Source of the DNA: Gekko japonicus
Taxonomy: Eukaryota
Direction of reading: 5' to 3'
Length of the DNA stretch: 62,214 nucleotides
Assembly (NCBI RefSeq): GCF_001447785.1
Contig: NW_015176480.1
Location: 316,724 to 378,937, forward strand
Under the pieces are notes generated by a model, which saw only the letters and a list, made by a program, of their open reading frames with translations, was not told where the DNA came from and ran no database searches. Each line of letters opens with the position of its first letter. Positions within the stretch are counted from its first letter, which is position 1. Shown piece after piece: positions 37,361-51,256 of the stretch. Both the position numbers and the translations under genes were made by a program.

Positions 37361-38198
37361 CCAAGCTATTTTACATTTTCAGAAAATATCAGAGAATATA
37401 AGAGATTCAAAGTGTCAGTGGTGTGCAGGGGTAGACTGAGAGGCCAAAACAATCCTGAAAAAGTGATGCACACTCACTTGCTGCCATGCCCCCAACCTCA
37501 TGGAGGACCTAAGAGGCACCTGTAGTTGCACCTTGCTCAAACCAGTAGGCTAAAGTTGAGCACTTCCATGCTTCACCTCTCTAGACACAAATTACCGCAG
37601 CTGGCACAGAGTGAAGCCAGGTAGTTCTCTGCCTTCTTTGGGAATAGTGGGGTTGACTATGTTCCTCCTTGCTGGCCACACCCCAATCATGTCAAAAGGG
37701 CAAAGCCAGACACTGCTGTGCCTGTGCTTTTTCACTAGATGCACCATGCCAGTACAGGGTGAAGTCAGGCACCCCTGTACCTGTGCTCCTCTTTGCTGGA
37801 CTGGGTGCCGCAGAGCCAGCAAGGAGGAATATGGCTGCTACTAGCATAAGGCAAAAATGACCACTGCAGGATGGATCCTGCGAAGAGGAGTACAGGTGTC
37901 ACTGACCTGGGTAAAGAGGAGTACAGGAACTGACTTCGCTCAGTGCCAGCTGCACCCGTACTCACCACTCCCAGGTGGGGATGGATGTGCATAATTTAGG
38001 ACAAAGGCCCAATGAGATTTCCTCCATGAAATGACCAATCTTCTCCTGTTAGTATGATACCTGATTTTCTTTTCTATCACATTCTAGGAAGGTAGAAAAA
38101 CTTCAAATTAGTCCCTTGAGATAGTTAAGGGGTGGGTGTGGCCAAACATCTAAAACATAAGCCAGACAAGGCAAAAGTACTGTTGACTGGACAGAAGG

Positions 38199-38541
38199 CT
38201 AATTTAAGAATAGATGAACAAGTATGGTGTGTATAGTGGATTCTATATCCTTTAGAGAGCAAGGACAAAGTCTGTCTACATATGATATCTGGCGGTAGCT
38301 CCTTAAAAGCACCTCTGATGGCAGAACATTAAAGCGTGCAAGCATGTATGCTCTGTGATGATGTGGGGCTGTTGACAGATACTTCGCAGTAGAGCCCATG
38401 TTAAAAGTCCCCAACCTGCTTGGGGAGCATCTGCTGGCTGCACGTTCCCTAAATTCTTGCCTTTCGATGTCAAGAAATCTTTGTTTAATAATAGCATAGG
38501 CTTGTTTATTTGAAAAGGGGGCTAAATAATCTGGGGATGTG
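38199..38541 (-). mobile_element. Non-LTR retrotransposon ORF2 C-terminal fragment (clade uncertain)
   Basis: RAYMLARFNVLPS..RLCPC..IESTIHTIL, a Cys/His zinc-knuckle-like LINE terminus. Runs into the assembly gap. Confidence 0.6.
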
Positions 38542-38678
38542 NNNNNNNNNNNNNNNNNNNNNNNNNNNNNNNNNNNNNNNNNNNNNNNNNNNNNNNNNNN
38601 NNNNNNNNNNNNNNNNNNNNNNNNNNNNNNNNNNNNNNNNNNNNNNNNNNNNNNNNNNNNNNNNNNNNNNNNNNNNNN
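38542..38678. other. Assembly gap (N run)
   Basis: 137 Ns. Confidence 0.99.
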
Positions 38679-38799
38679 GAGGACGACCATCCCAGATAGA
38701 AGGAGTGTACCATTCTTCTGTCAAGGGTACACGATAGCTGTGCTCCCCTGCTAGAACCTCCAAACAAATGTTACATCAGTTTTTTTTAAAAAAAAAAAG

Positions 38800-39105
38800 G
38801 TTCAAGGGGATCCAGGAAGTTGCAGGTCAGCTAGTTTAACATCTGTTACTGTTATTAAAGATCCATAGCACATAAAAACACATGCAAACATGTAAGCACA
38901 TAAAAACAAAGCCTTTTGAGGAGAAATCAACATGGCTTTTACAAAGGGAAGTCCTATCTCACTGAGAGGTTAGAGTTCTTTGAGAAGATTAACAAGCATA
39001 TGGATAAGGATGATCCAGTAGACATTATATACTTGGACTTTCAAAAGGCTTTTGACAATAAAAGACTCCTGAATAAGCTTTGCCATCGTGGAATAAGAGG
39101 ACAGG
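38800..39105 (+). mobile_element. CR1 LINE reverse transcriptase fragment
   Basis: RRNQHGFYKGKSYLT..EFFEKI..VDIIYLDFQKAFD..GIRG. Confidence 0.88.
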
Positions 39106-40541
39106 TCTTTTCTCCCCAATGGAGATGTAAGCAGCTTACAACTTTACATTGTTCTCCTCTTTTCCACTGTATCCTCACAACAATCCTGTGAGGGAGATTA
39201 GATGGAGACTGTCCCAAGGTCACCCAGTAAGCTTCCATGGCAGAGGGTGATTTTGAACCTGGGTCTTTCAGATCCTAGTCTGACACTCTAACTATGAGAA
39301 TCATGAACACCTAATAATCTGCTTATTTTAAGACACCTCCAAGTCAGACATTAGCATGCAATGCATAATTAATGTTGTGCTTTTCCGATCTTTCAACAGA
39401 CAACTTTCATGAAAGGGATGTTTATTCAAGCAATAAATCACTGTTTAGTTCTCTGTCATGAGGTGGAAAAATACCCTTGATAGATTTATTGCATGGAAAT
39501 GTGTGGTCATGTGGCAAATATAAGCCAGATAAGGAGATTGGGATGTCCTAAAGCAATTGAAATTCACCAGGGTTAGAGGGGAAGGCACTGTTGCCTTTTT
39601 TAAAAAAAACTGATCCAAAATGTTTGTGCTGGTATAACTGGCTACTATCTAGTTATACTCCACTCATCCTCAAAAAAGAAAAAAAGAAAAAAGAAAGCCC
39701 TTAAAATCTAAATTAGGTTTTCCTCCCTGTTAAGGAGAAAAATCCACTCTGAAAACCCCTAGGAGGAAGCTAGCCAACAGTAGTCTCATCCTTTTTTTTC
39801 CAATATCAAGCTGGCATCTGGCCTTTAATGTCTCTACTGGCAACAATCAATCCGTTTCTCTTCGTCTTTATGGTATACCGGTATATCATAGAATCTCCTT
39901 GATAAACCATAAGAGAAGAGGAAGTCCTTGTGCTTTTTCCCTGTGCAGCTACTCTAGGACTTCCTTTTCATCTAGAGGTCCAGGGCCACTGAGGGGGGAG
40001 GGGACTCGGGGTACAAAACTATGCAGGCCCAAGTCAGCCTGAGGGTCCACTGAAGGTAGAATCATCCTGCATTCAACCAATTAATTCAACCAATTAATTT
40101 ATTTTAGTGCAGTTCTACATGGCAGCCACTAGAGGCACATGCAAGGCAAAGTAAAGCTAACAGACAGATGCTCTTCCTAGTTGGTGTTGTTTCCTGTCAT
40201 TTCTTCACACAGATTTTTAAAGAACGCTCTCCATCGCTGCAAACTTCTTTAACTAAAAAGCTGAGGAAAACATTTTCCTATCAATCCCATCAATCAATCT
40301 GGTATCCCCCACCATCTAATTATTCTGTGCTTGTTCTCCCAATACTACCTCATTCCTTCTCATCCCTACTCGGTCTGGGGGGTTAGGGGGGTTAGGGGGG
40401 TTACAGCATACTTAATAGTAGAACAAAATACCTTCTATGTCAAGTTAATATTTCCCAACAATCTTTCAAACGTGGTGAAAGTGTGATTCCCCCTCCCCAA
40501 TATACAATGTGATCTCTATTAATCTGTATTATAGGTTATAA

Positions 40542-41060
40542 GGTCGTGGTCACACACGCAAGATAACACGGGGGGGAAGCGAGGCTATTTTCTCGCAAAA
40601 ATTTGACCTGCATTTGTGGGGGGCAGCCCGCCACTGCATGGTCAGACGCAAGCACGGGTGAATCGGGATGTTTCCTTTGCCATGTGTTTCCAGTGCGCTT
40701 CAACGAGGGATCGATGATTCGCATCTCTGCACTGAGTGTTTCCTATGGAGCATGTGATGATGTGCATACTGAAATGGGGGAAGAAACAGCAGCATGGAGT
40801 CGGGATGGCCTGATCAGACCATCCTGATGCCATGGGAACACACTGGAGCGATCACACAGGGGAAATTCTGTTCCTCGCCTGTAGCAACCCATTTGCTACC
40901 GGACTTTTCCTAGTGTCTTTTTACCCTGCTTCTGCGGTGGAGCAAAACAGGTTGCCGATGGGTGCGGGACACTTGGCAGATGTTCTCGTGTGATCGGGCC
41001 CTTAAAATCTGCCCAGCAATTGCACCTATGGCACGGCTAATTCTGCGTATGATCGTGACC
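40542..41060. mobile_element. PIF/Harbinger-type MITE
   Basis: 3-bp TSD TAA on both sides. Imperfect TIRs ggtcgtggtcacacacgca / tgcgtatgatcgtgacc. Confidence 0.7.
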
Positions 41061-41164
41061 TAAATGTGGAATAATGGATGTTTTAGGTGAATGCCATAGT
41101 TTCAGTTTATAGCACATGCTGCTGCATAATTAATTCCATGAATAAACTACTATGAGGTGACAAC

Positions 41165-41728
41165 TAGGGGTGTGCAATGTTTTAAACTGGTATTTTTTGG
41201 TTTGGGAAATCCCTAATTTTTGGGGGGTCCACTAGACCTGAAAAGAAAAATACCATTTTTTTTAAAAAGCCAGATAGACCCTGGGGCTGGCTTGGCTTCT
41301 CCTACAGACTGGTTTAAATGTGGCTACAGGAGAATCCAGTCCCAGGGTCTGCTGTGCCATGGGGAGACTGCTCCCCACAGCACAGCAGATCCTGGGGTTG
41401 GCTTCTCCTGAAGCCTGAGCTGCACGAGAAGCCAGCCCCAAGCAGAGCCAGCAGGAACAGTCTGCTCCCCCCAACACATCTGATCCTCAGGCTGTCTTCT
41501 GCAGTCCCTTTAAACTTTAAAAGGACTGCAGAAGAAGCCCAACAAACAGCTGAGAAGTGAGAGCAATCTGCAACTGCCTCTTCACTGTTTTCAGATCTAC
41601 CCGGTAATTCCAGGTATATATCCAGGATTTTTTCAGGATTTTTTTGTTGTTGTTGTTTTCCTGAGAAAACCTGGATACATTTTTTGGGTATATTTTCAGC
41701 TTGAGTAGATCTGAACACACATTCCTAG
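41165..41728. mobile_element. hAT-Ac-like non-autonomous element nested in a CR1 3' end
   Basis: taggggtgtgca ... cacacattccta ends, with gtgacaac duplicated on both sides (41157-41164 and 41729-41736). CR1 3' sequence continues to ~41995. Confidence 0.65.
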
Positions 41729-42908
41729 TGACAACTACTGATCTAGAAGACTTTAAAAGGGAATTAGGCAGATTCATGGAGATGGACAGGTCCACGAGTG
41801 GCCATTAGCCATGATGACCAAATAGGACCTTCATCTTCAATGTCAGTTTTGGGGGACAACTGTTTGGGGTGGCTGTTGCCTTTATTCCCTGCTGATGGGA
41901 TTCCCAGAAGCATCTGGTTGGCCAGAGTAGGAAATAGGACACTGGACTACAGAAAGTTCTGGTGTGATCCAACAAGCCTCTTCTTTTATTCTTATGCAAG
42001 GTATAAGGCACGTAGCTATCCTATTCTCATTTTACAGAGGGTTTTAAAAATATTATTCTCTGATCTGACTGCTTCCTCTGCATCTTTAAGTAAACTACTG
42101 AATTATAAAAGTGTACGGGAAGAAAGGAGACAGCAGGGGGATTTTAATGTTGGGGGAAATGCATTCTGTGCATGCCCAGAAGCTAGTGCTGGAAGCAAAT
42201 TCCTAAACTAAATCCTAGTGAGATCTTTGCACAAACTGAGTAACTAGGAAAGACAAATTCTAGTTGGGTAGCCATGTGAGTCTGTTGCGGCAAAACTGAA
42301 AAGGAATCTTATACCACCATTAAAAACATTTCTTGTAGTTCCAGCTTTTATGGTTATAATCTATTCCCTCAGAGGCATGGAGTGAATTCTCAGTCTGCAG
42401 ATATTGCTATACCCATGGGAGAAAATGTTTGTTAGTAAAGAGGAAAAGTAGTTGTAATTCCCATTAAAATGCAGCCTATGTAACTATGATACCTTGCAAT
42501 TAATTAATATTATATGTTACATTTTTAAAAGCTCACATGCAAGGTAAATATAAAACTGGGGATAAAATGGAATTTACCCCTAAGGATACCTGCATAGGAT
42601 TATTCCCCAAAGATTTAGTCAATTATGTACCCTTTGGTCTACTAAGGGTCAACTTGATGAGGAACATGGATTGGGCCACTCTGGCAAATAATTCCAGGGT
42701 AATTTCAGTTCCCCAGTCTGCCCCTGCTCTCCCACTTTTTTTTTAACACTTTAAGGAGGCGGCAGCAAGAGAGGTTAAGATGGAATGGGAAGAGAAAGCT
42801 GAAGCTAGCTGGATTTCGACACCTGGGGACTAGAATCACTCTCTAAAGTTTGTGCAGGTACAGGAAGACACCACCATCTGGAGATTTGGCTCACCTGCCA
42901 AACAACCA

Positions 42909-43183
42909 CCAATTTGGTGTAGTGGTTAAGACTGGCAGAGTCTAATCTGGAGAACTGGGTTTGATTCCCCACTCCTCCACATGCAGCCAGTTTGGTGACC
43001 TTGGGCCAGTCATAGTTCTCTCTGAGCTGTTATCTCAAGAGCAGTTGTCTCAGAGCTCTCTCAGCCCCACCTACCTCACAGTTGTCTGTTGAGGGGAGAG
43101 GAAGGGAAGGTGATTGTAAGCCATTCTGACATTCTGAGTGAAGGGTGGGTATAAATCCAATTCTCCTCCTCCTCCTCCTCTTC
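42909..43183 (+). mobile_element. tRNA/CORE-type SINE (Squam3-like)
   Basis: tttggtgtagtggttaagactggcagagtctaatctggagaactgggtttgattcccc ... (CTC)n tail. Confidence 0.78.
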
Positions 43184-43841
43184 CAGGGTGATAAAACTTG
43201 ACTTGTCACATCTCCCCAGTTTTCCTTCCCTTATTAAGCATCCTGTCAGTATGTTTGTGGTTTTCTTTGTTCAGGTTAGTAGAAATAGTTTAAAGGGTTT
43301 TTTTATAGTTAGTACTGTTTGAGAAAGACTGATGTCTCACTAATGTCTCAATTCAATGGGGTTTATTCTCAGGTAGCAATTATTATTTTCTGCACAGTAG
43401 CAGAAATCCATGTGATTTGTTTTGTTATATAATTTGTTTTGAAAACAGGTAGGGGTGGGGAGATGGAATTCTTGTCCAGGAACTCTTGATGGGTCTCGGC
43501 ATCCTTAAGAACATAAGAATATAAGAGATGCCAATGTTGGATCAGGCCAAAGGCCCATCCAGTCCAACACTCTGTATCCCACAGTGGCCAGAAATACCAG
43601 TGCCATCAGGAGGTCCACCAGTGGGGCCAGGACATTAGAAGCCCTCCCATCCTTGTAGAGGTCTGCCCTCCAAAGCGCCATTTCCCCTAGGTGAACTGAT
43701 CTCTGTAGCCTGCTTCAAGTGATAGAAGAGTTACCACAGATCCCCAAATAAAGATTGTCTCTGGGCTCCCTCTCATACCACTCAGACACAAACCAATCTT
43801 TATATGAAAACCACACGCTCAACTAATATTTGGTTATATGT

Positions 43842-44139
43842 TAGGGCTGCCAAATCCCCCCGCTTTGGAGGCCCGATTTCCGCCCCCACACAATCAGGCC
43901 CCGGGGGAAAACCCACCCCCGCATGCACGTCACCCAGATGTGACGTCGCACGCTGGGGGCGGGGCCACAGCCATTTGAGGGGAAAACATAGAGTTTCCCC
44001 CTCAAATGGCTGTGGCCCTGCCCCCAGCGTGCCTGGCGTCATGACGTCACATCCGGGTGACGTAGATGCGGTGCGCGCACACACCGGGAGCTGCCCAGGA
44101 GTCCCCCGCCAAGGAGGTGAGTGCCATTTGGCAACCCTA
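43842..44139. mobile_element. hAT MITE with 8-bp TSD
   Basis: TIR tagggctgcca / tggcaacccta. Perfect TSD TTATATGT (43834-43841 and 44140-44147). Central palindrome gccacagccatttgaggggaaa..tttcccctcaaatggctgtggc. CpG-rich. Confidence 0.88.
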
Positions 44140-44449
44140 TTATATGTGCACCATATATTTTTCTCCATTGCATCCTTCTCATTCATAATGCACTCTTCTT
44201 CCAAAGAGTTCAGGGCAGTGAACTACATTTTTATCACATTTCATCCTCACAACTACCTTGTGAGGTATGTTAGGTTGAGAAATCAAACCTTCCCCTTTCC
44301 CTAACTTTCTATAAAAGATAAACTGAATTTATAACCACATCCCAGCACTGCTTTGCTCAGCTAGCCCATGGTGACCAAGCCCCCTGGAATTCAGACCCTT
44401 CCCCTCTCTAGCAACCCTGGAGAGGTGTAGAATTTGGAAGACAGAAATG

Positions 44450-44480
<31 letters not shown>

Positions 44481-45245
44481 TTAAATTAGATTTTTAGGTT
44501 GCCCTTCCCTGCAAACAGGGCACAGGGTGGCTAACAACAGAAGAGGTATACAATAAATAATTAAAAGTTAAAAACCAACAATAAATGCACAATACATATT
44601 ATACCAATAATAAGATTAAATTGTTCCAAGATGGTGGTTGAATTGTTCCAAGATGGTAAGATTTTTAGTTTTCATATTTTCCTGGACCCCACCTGGGGGG
44701 AGGGCTTGTGGAGACTGGAGGGTATGAGAGTGCCAGAATACATGCGGTACTGTCACAGTCCTCAACAGAACATCTCTGCCTTACATGCCCTGTGGAAAAG
44801 TAACAAATCCCACACGGCAACAGATGTTCTCTGGCAGAGAGTTCCACTAGGTAGGGGCCAGGGCCGAAAATGCCCTGGCCCTGGTTGAAGACAGCTGGAT
44901 CTCTCTCAGGCCAGGAGGTTCTTGCTTTTCAAGTGCAGTGCTCTTCTTGGGGCATACTGAGAGAGGTGGTACCCATGGTGTGGCTGAAGGTATGAGGGTC
45001 CCTGATTGCTGAGGGCCTTAAAGGTCAAAAACAACACCTTGAACCTAATCTGTTTTCCACCGGAAGCCAGAGCAGCTCACACAGCACAGGTTGGATATGT
45101 GCCATATGGAGGATCCCTGTATGGACCCGCACAGCTGCATTCTGGATCAGTTGCAGCTTCTGGATCAGTCTCAGAGGTAGGCCCATGTACAGTGAGTTAC
45201 AGTAGTCTATCCTGGAGATGACTGTAGTATGGATTACTGTGGCTA
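44450..45245 (-). mobile_element. L2 LINE 3' end with (TAAA)n tail
   Basis: SRIDYCNSLYMGLPLRLIQKLQLIQNAA..HIQPVL.ELLWLPV is the L2 ORF2 C-terminus. Microsatellite tail at 44450-44482. Confidence 0.85.
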
Positions 45246-48200
45246 AAATCATTAAACTATCAACACACAGCAACTGATTAGCACTATATGGTCTTTCTTG
45301 GACTAGGGCTGAGGTCACACACACTAAATAATCCACTTCCAGTGCACTTTCCAAATGGATTTTACTGTGTGAACTGGCAAAATCCAGTTGGAAAGTGCAT
45401 TAGAAGTGGAATATAGTGGATTATTTAGTGTGTGTGACTGCAGCCTACATCTACTTTTCTTTAAGTGTGTCTTACCCATGCCATCTCGAAACCAGTACAT
45501 ATGCTTGATCTTCATACTTTCTTGAAACATCAATGTGAAAGTTAAGTTCTGCTCAGACCTTTCCATCTATCTCCAGGTGTAATTTTCTTTCATAGAACTG
45601 TTCTGCACAGATTCCAGTATGCTGATGATATTTTGAGGTATTTGGATTATTGTGTTGTGGTATGTTGTGCTGAGAGAGAACACTCCCGATAGCATGAAAA
45701 AATGTGACTTGCACATGCATAGGTATATGCATTTGCCTACCATAGTAGCACTCATCTAGGAACACCACAGTAAGCCTAGTGCTTGAGCCACAATTTCATA
45801 TGTCATTTTGCAATCAGCACTCACTTTAAATCACCAGATCAAACATTACCACAATGAGATAAAATCTGTTTTTCTTTACATTGATAAGCTTCGCTGAAAA
45901 AAAATATGAAAATGTTTCTTCTGCACCAGTTCTTCTTGCCACCAATGCCATGTTTACAATATTTAAAAACATATACAATAAATAGACCAGATTAGGTGCA
46001 CCTAATGTCATTTGTGGAACTGTCATAATTAAATCTGACAAACCATTATGTCTAAAACTGTTCTAAAACATGGGTAAATAAACTGACTAAACTGGGTCTT
46101 GGCAGCATAGCTGAATTCCTCACAGTTGCCAGTGAGTAGAGTTTAACCCAGCATTCGTATACTATCTCATAATCTGTGACCTTGTGTGGGATGCATACCA
46201 ATGGAGGGATGGAATGTAATGCCATTCATTTCCTAGAAACAATGGCTTCCAATCTACCCACTGTTCTCAGAGGCAGGGGATTAAAAGAAACAGATTTCCC
46301 TTTATTAACACATTTATGAATGCACAGTATCCCCCCTTCCTTTTTGAAAAACTGCTAAGTCAACAAGCTCAAACTAATTAGTTCTATTTATTCCATGACT
46401 GCTAATCAATTGCTGCCAAAAATTTCTAATGACTTCCACCACTCTCTTCTCCTCATCCCAGACTTAAAAAAAAAGAGCCATGCCACCCATAATCCATCAG
46501 GCATTTGACTTTCACTGGCCTGAGAGCTGTGCTTGAGTGTATAATCAAGCTCTTCAGTTCCTTGCATTCTCACACCTACTCGCCTTCATGAAAATAAGTC
46601 TGTGCCAGCTGCTTGAAAATAAGCTCCAAGGCATCTGGAGACCAATTGGAATGCAAAGGTCATATTTTCCAAGCTGTTTATAGATTGTAATTTGTAAGGG
46701 TGTAATGTCACAGGTTGTCAATAATTCAAGGTGGAAAATTACAAGTCGTAATAGGCCATCAATTCTTCATTCTTCCCCACTTAACTCTTTATCCCCAAAG
46801 AGTGGTTAAATTCCTTTTCATCTGAGTTTTTTCTTGAACTTGGATCCTGAGGTTTCATTTGTTTATGGTAAAGACATTTAGGGTGGTAAAATGTAACTAA
46901 TCCCTTAACAAGTCTTCAGGGAACATAGCCAATAAAAAGTGCATGTTTCAGAGTACAGATATGAATTCTTACTAAAGGTCTGTTCCCAAGGGTCCAACAC
47001 AGCGGGCTGGTAGAGTGCTGTCAGCATAATTTTGCTGCTGCTGTTGTTTTTCCCAGAGACTAAAGAAAGGTTGAGATGAAAAGCTGTGGGTGTGAGAGAC
47101 TATTTTAAGCCTTTGGTTTAAGCTCTCTCCCACTCTCTTTTGGGATGCAATCATAAGCCTCAAGGAAGTCAGTGGATCCTACACCCAGATGTCAGGATTG
47201 TACTTTCTGTGTAACAAGGTGGGAAATAAATTTCCTACTTTGTGGCCAAAAAGGGGGCTTTCCCTTTACATTTTAGGAAATGTATTTTATTTATTTATTT
47301 ATTTCATGTAATTTTTATCCTGCCCTCCCTCACAAGTGGGCTCAAGGCAGGTTACAGTAACCAAATAAAACAATAAAAACAATCACTATCTTGTTAAAAA
47401 ATTATTTACATATATTCAGCAGATTAAAGAAAATCAGCTGTATATTTTTTTAAAAAAAATCTGCAACTCTATGTGTGTTCAAAATATTTGGCCTTTCACC
47501 CCTCTCTAGCTTGGAAAAACAGAAGAATCATTAATGCAACACACAATAATTGTGTAGTGATAAAACTGTAAAAAAAGACAGCCTTATTGCCAGCAAATAA
47601 TACTTTAGGATCAGGCACATAACAATGGCTGCACAAGGTTCAGTGCACTGGTGATGTGACCAGGTTCCCTGTCAATGCCATGTTCACACTGGAATTTGGG
47701 TGGGTAACTGCCACACATATGCCCACAGCAGATATCCGGGTGAAATGTGGCATAATAATATTATGCAAAATTGTATTGCCATATGGAAAAATAGTAGAAG
47801 AGCTGCATGGTAGGCTTATGAGGTAATTGACTCAGCTACAGATGGTGTTTAACTGAGAAGAAGAGAGTTTGGTGGACTATATTTGTCATCTACAACTTCT
47901 GACCCTGAAGTCTTTTCCATGCAGTTCCAAAGGTACGGGGTCTAGTTGTATAAAGGAATCTCATTCTATACAGAGTCACTCATCTTTGTCATCACTTCCT
48001 AGGTCCTGAGGTAGGCCTTGATTGTGAAGAAGAAAAAATTCACGCTTAAGCACTCTGGCCCAAGATAAGCCTGGGCTACATGCCAACATGGCTATCTTTA
48101 GCTGACACCAGAATCAACAGTGTTGGTGCACAATACCGGAAAGAAACCTTTCATACTAAAATTATAACTGTCAAACAGAAAAAAACCAGGCAAACATACC

Positions 48201-48473
48201 AAAGAGAGAATATTAGCAACTTGAGATCTCATGACTACTAATGTTACAGTGAACAATGACGGATCCATACATTATGAAGAAAACAGGTTGGGTCCAGGGA
48301 CCCCATCCTGTGTGAAAGTCACACATGAGTTGCAGGTTCTCCTCAGTGCCCTCATATGCAGTGCCCAATTCAGAGCACAACTATGTAATACTTGGAGAAA
48401 GGGCTTCAGCCATCCCCACACCATTTTCCTGAAGTGAAAAAGTTCATTGGTGACCCTACTTACTTGGGAAACC

Positions 48474-49028
48474 CATAAGTCATAGAATGACAGAGTTTGA
48501 AGAGGCCACTAGTCCATCTAGTCCAACTCCCTGCTCAATGCAGGATCAGCCCACGCCATCCCTAACAAGTGTTTGTCCAGCCAGCCACTGCTTAAAGATT
48601 GCCAATAAGGGGGAGCTCACCACCTCCTAGGCAGCTGATTCTGCTGTTGCACAACTCTTACTGTAAAAAAGGTTTTCCTAAGATCCAGCCGGTATCTTCT
48701 CGTCCTTAATTTAACCCCATTATTGTGAGTCCTATCCTCTGCTGCCAACAGGAACAGCTCCCTGCCCCCCTCTAAGTGACAGCCCTTCAAATACTTAAAG
48801 AGAGCAATCATGTCCCCCCTCAACCTCCTCTTCTCCAGATTAAACATTCCCAAGCCCCTCAGCCTTTCCTCATAGGGCTTGGTCTCCTCGTTGCTCTCCT
48901 CTGCCCCCACTCCATTCTGTCCACATCCTTTTTGAAGTAAGGCCTCTAGAACTGCACACAATACTCCAGGTGTGGCCTGACCAATGCAGTGTACAGCAGG
49001 ACTATGGAAGCTTGTGATTTGGATGTTA
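48474..49028 (-). mobile_element. CR1 LINE 3' end
   Basis: [40 protein letters not shown] followed by the CR1 3' UTR and an attctatga-type tail. Confidence 0.9.
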
Positions 49029-50907
49029 TGTGTATAGGTTTCCCCAAAGAGACCAACAGCACAAGCAGTTAGGAAAACAAGCAGTTAGGAAAACAACACA
49101 TAGAGGGAAGGCTTAAGTCCCATCTGCATACATGCAACAATCATAAACCTAAATTGGGCACCACACACACACAGACCCTCACAGATACAAAACTAGTAGT
49201 ATTATATTTTAAATACTTAAATGTCTGTGGTCACTCTGGCAGACACCTCTATGGAAACCAGACCAGTTACCAGACTAGCTGATTTGGCTATCTGGGCAGG
49301 TGTGCACAAAATAGCAGCCACCATTTTATCTCCCGGTGGTTGGCTGTCCCTGTTATTCTGGGAGGGGGAGACCAGACTCCGGCAAGAAAAATCCCACTGG
49401 AAATGGGAGATTGGAAAGGCCAATATTTTTGTGTCTGCAATTATAACCAAATTAAGAGTTAATTTCAAAAGTGTAAAGTTGACCCCCCGAGAATGTGAGT
49501 CCTGGGCCAAATGGCCCTGCTTCCGACCCCTCAGAGGCCTTACACACACAGACACACAGACACAGACACAGAGGGGGGGGGAACTGTAATCACATCTTGT
49601 ACACATTTTTATGGGATCAGGCTGCACTAAGTTAAGTGTGATTAAGCCCATTAAAGTGATTTTAATGGGGTGAAGTGCAATTAACTCTATGGTAGATATG
49701 GGCCAAGAACTGCAACCTGTACTTATCAGGAAAAGTCCCACTGAATTCCTTGGAACATACCTCTGATTGAAAAGGTTTCGGGCGGCCTGAAGGTTCCTCT
49801 GGCCACTTATTCAGGCGTTTACACATAACCAAGGTTGTTCTAATGAAAGTAAGGGAAATTTCTTGTACTCTATCCTCATTGTTAGAGCAATATATTCCTA
49901 AAAATGGTTTTATTAACACAGTCTTTTGCTTCTGTTGAGTATGGTGAACATAAAGAGACAGAGAGTTCTGGTTCTTTCATATTTTAAAAGGAATGTATCA
50001 GTTGAGTTGGAGATAGTGCTATCAATACCAAACATCTAGGAAGCATTGAGCACCATTTCAAGAACTGAGCAGAAATACCGTAATGGAAGCAATCATTCCT
50101 GCCTCTGAATGGAGCCATTTTAGTGTCTTCTAAAAGTGTCAGCTTTCAAGCAAGATATTAGTGGTGGCATTCAAGTTGCTGAAAGTAACGATGTAGTTAT
50201 AATGAAATAACCCCTAAAAATCAAAACAATTCAGAGCAATATTTCCCCTAAGAGGCAAAATATCCCTTTTTAAAGCATCTGTTCTTCCCAATACAGCTTT
50301 AATATGGACAGGCATGCAGGGCAATTAACCAAGATGCAGGAGAGACTACATATAGATCCTTGGAAAAACACTCCAAAGAGGCTTCTTACTCAAGAATATT
50401 TGGGCCAAGGAGTTAAAGGGAGGGGAGTTCCCACACCCCAAAAAAATAAAGGAAAGAAACAAACCTCAATCTCAATTCAAATGGAAAATCTGAAAATAAC
50501 CCCTAATAAATGCTTTATATCGCATTACTTTAGGGTCTGCCTCTGTTTTGTCAAAGGGATTGTCTAATTCACTTCTGTGCTTTTTACCTCTTACATTTTT
50601 TAAATAAGTATAGTAGAATTCAATTAATACAGTCCTGTCAACTGTAGTGGACACGAGAACCCCCTCTAGGGGTGGGAGTCCTGGGGTAGGTCTGTTTTAC
50701 CCAATAACTTCACAGCAGGCAGCACTTCCATTAGTTGGCTTTAATGAGTGAACTCATTTCTATCACCGTATTAATGCTAAGTTGGTGCCCTTAAGCCAAC
50801 CCCTCAGAAAGTCCTTTAATTGAAAGTTCCTCCCATCTCACCCTCTACTTGTCCTCCAGTTTCAGTTGATTGTTTCACCCAGGAGAGATAAAAGCTTGTC
50901 TTTCACT

Positions 50908-51256
50908 CCCATGGGGACCAAGCTAATCAGTTCTGTAAGTGGTTGCTGTATTCCTTATTTATTGCATGATGTAAAGGAACAGGCTAGCAAGCCTTTCCTT
51001 GCCCCTTTTGATTGGATCCCTGGGAGGCCAGGAAAAAACCAAACATGGTTGCCCCAAGTGTGCTGGGGGAAGGGCTGAGGGAAAAGGGCACATTGCCAGT
51101 GAAGACTTGGGGCAACCATGTTTGGTTTTTTCCTGGCCTCCCAGGGATCCAATCAAAAGGGGCAAGGAAAGGCTTGCTAGCCTGTTCCTTTACATCATGC
51201 AATAAATAAGGAATACAGCAACCACTTACAGAACTGATTAGCTTGGTCCCCATGGG
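50908..51256. repeat. Perfect 152-bp inverted repeat with 45-bp spacer
   Basis: 50908-51059 is the exact reverse complement of 51105-51256, read base by base and mirrored by identical peptides on both strands in the ORF track. Confidence 0.95.

Noticed and set aside
48250-48286. Possible plus-strand micro-exon (VNNDGSIHYEENR)
   Set aside because: No polypyrimidine tract, weak GTTGGG donor, no recognisable protein, and antisense to the host gene.
49031-49603. Possible LTR (TGTA..TACA) abutting CR1, and 122-174 aa ORFs
   Set aside because: No TSD, and the ORFs have no recognisable domain and include microsatellite-derived residues.
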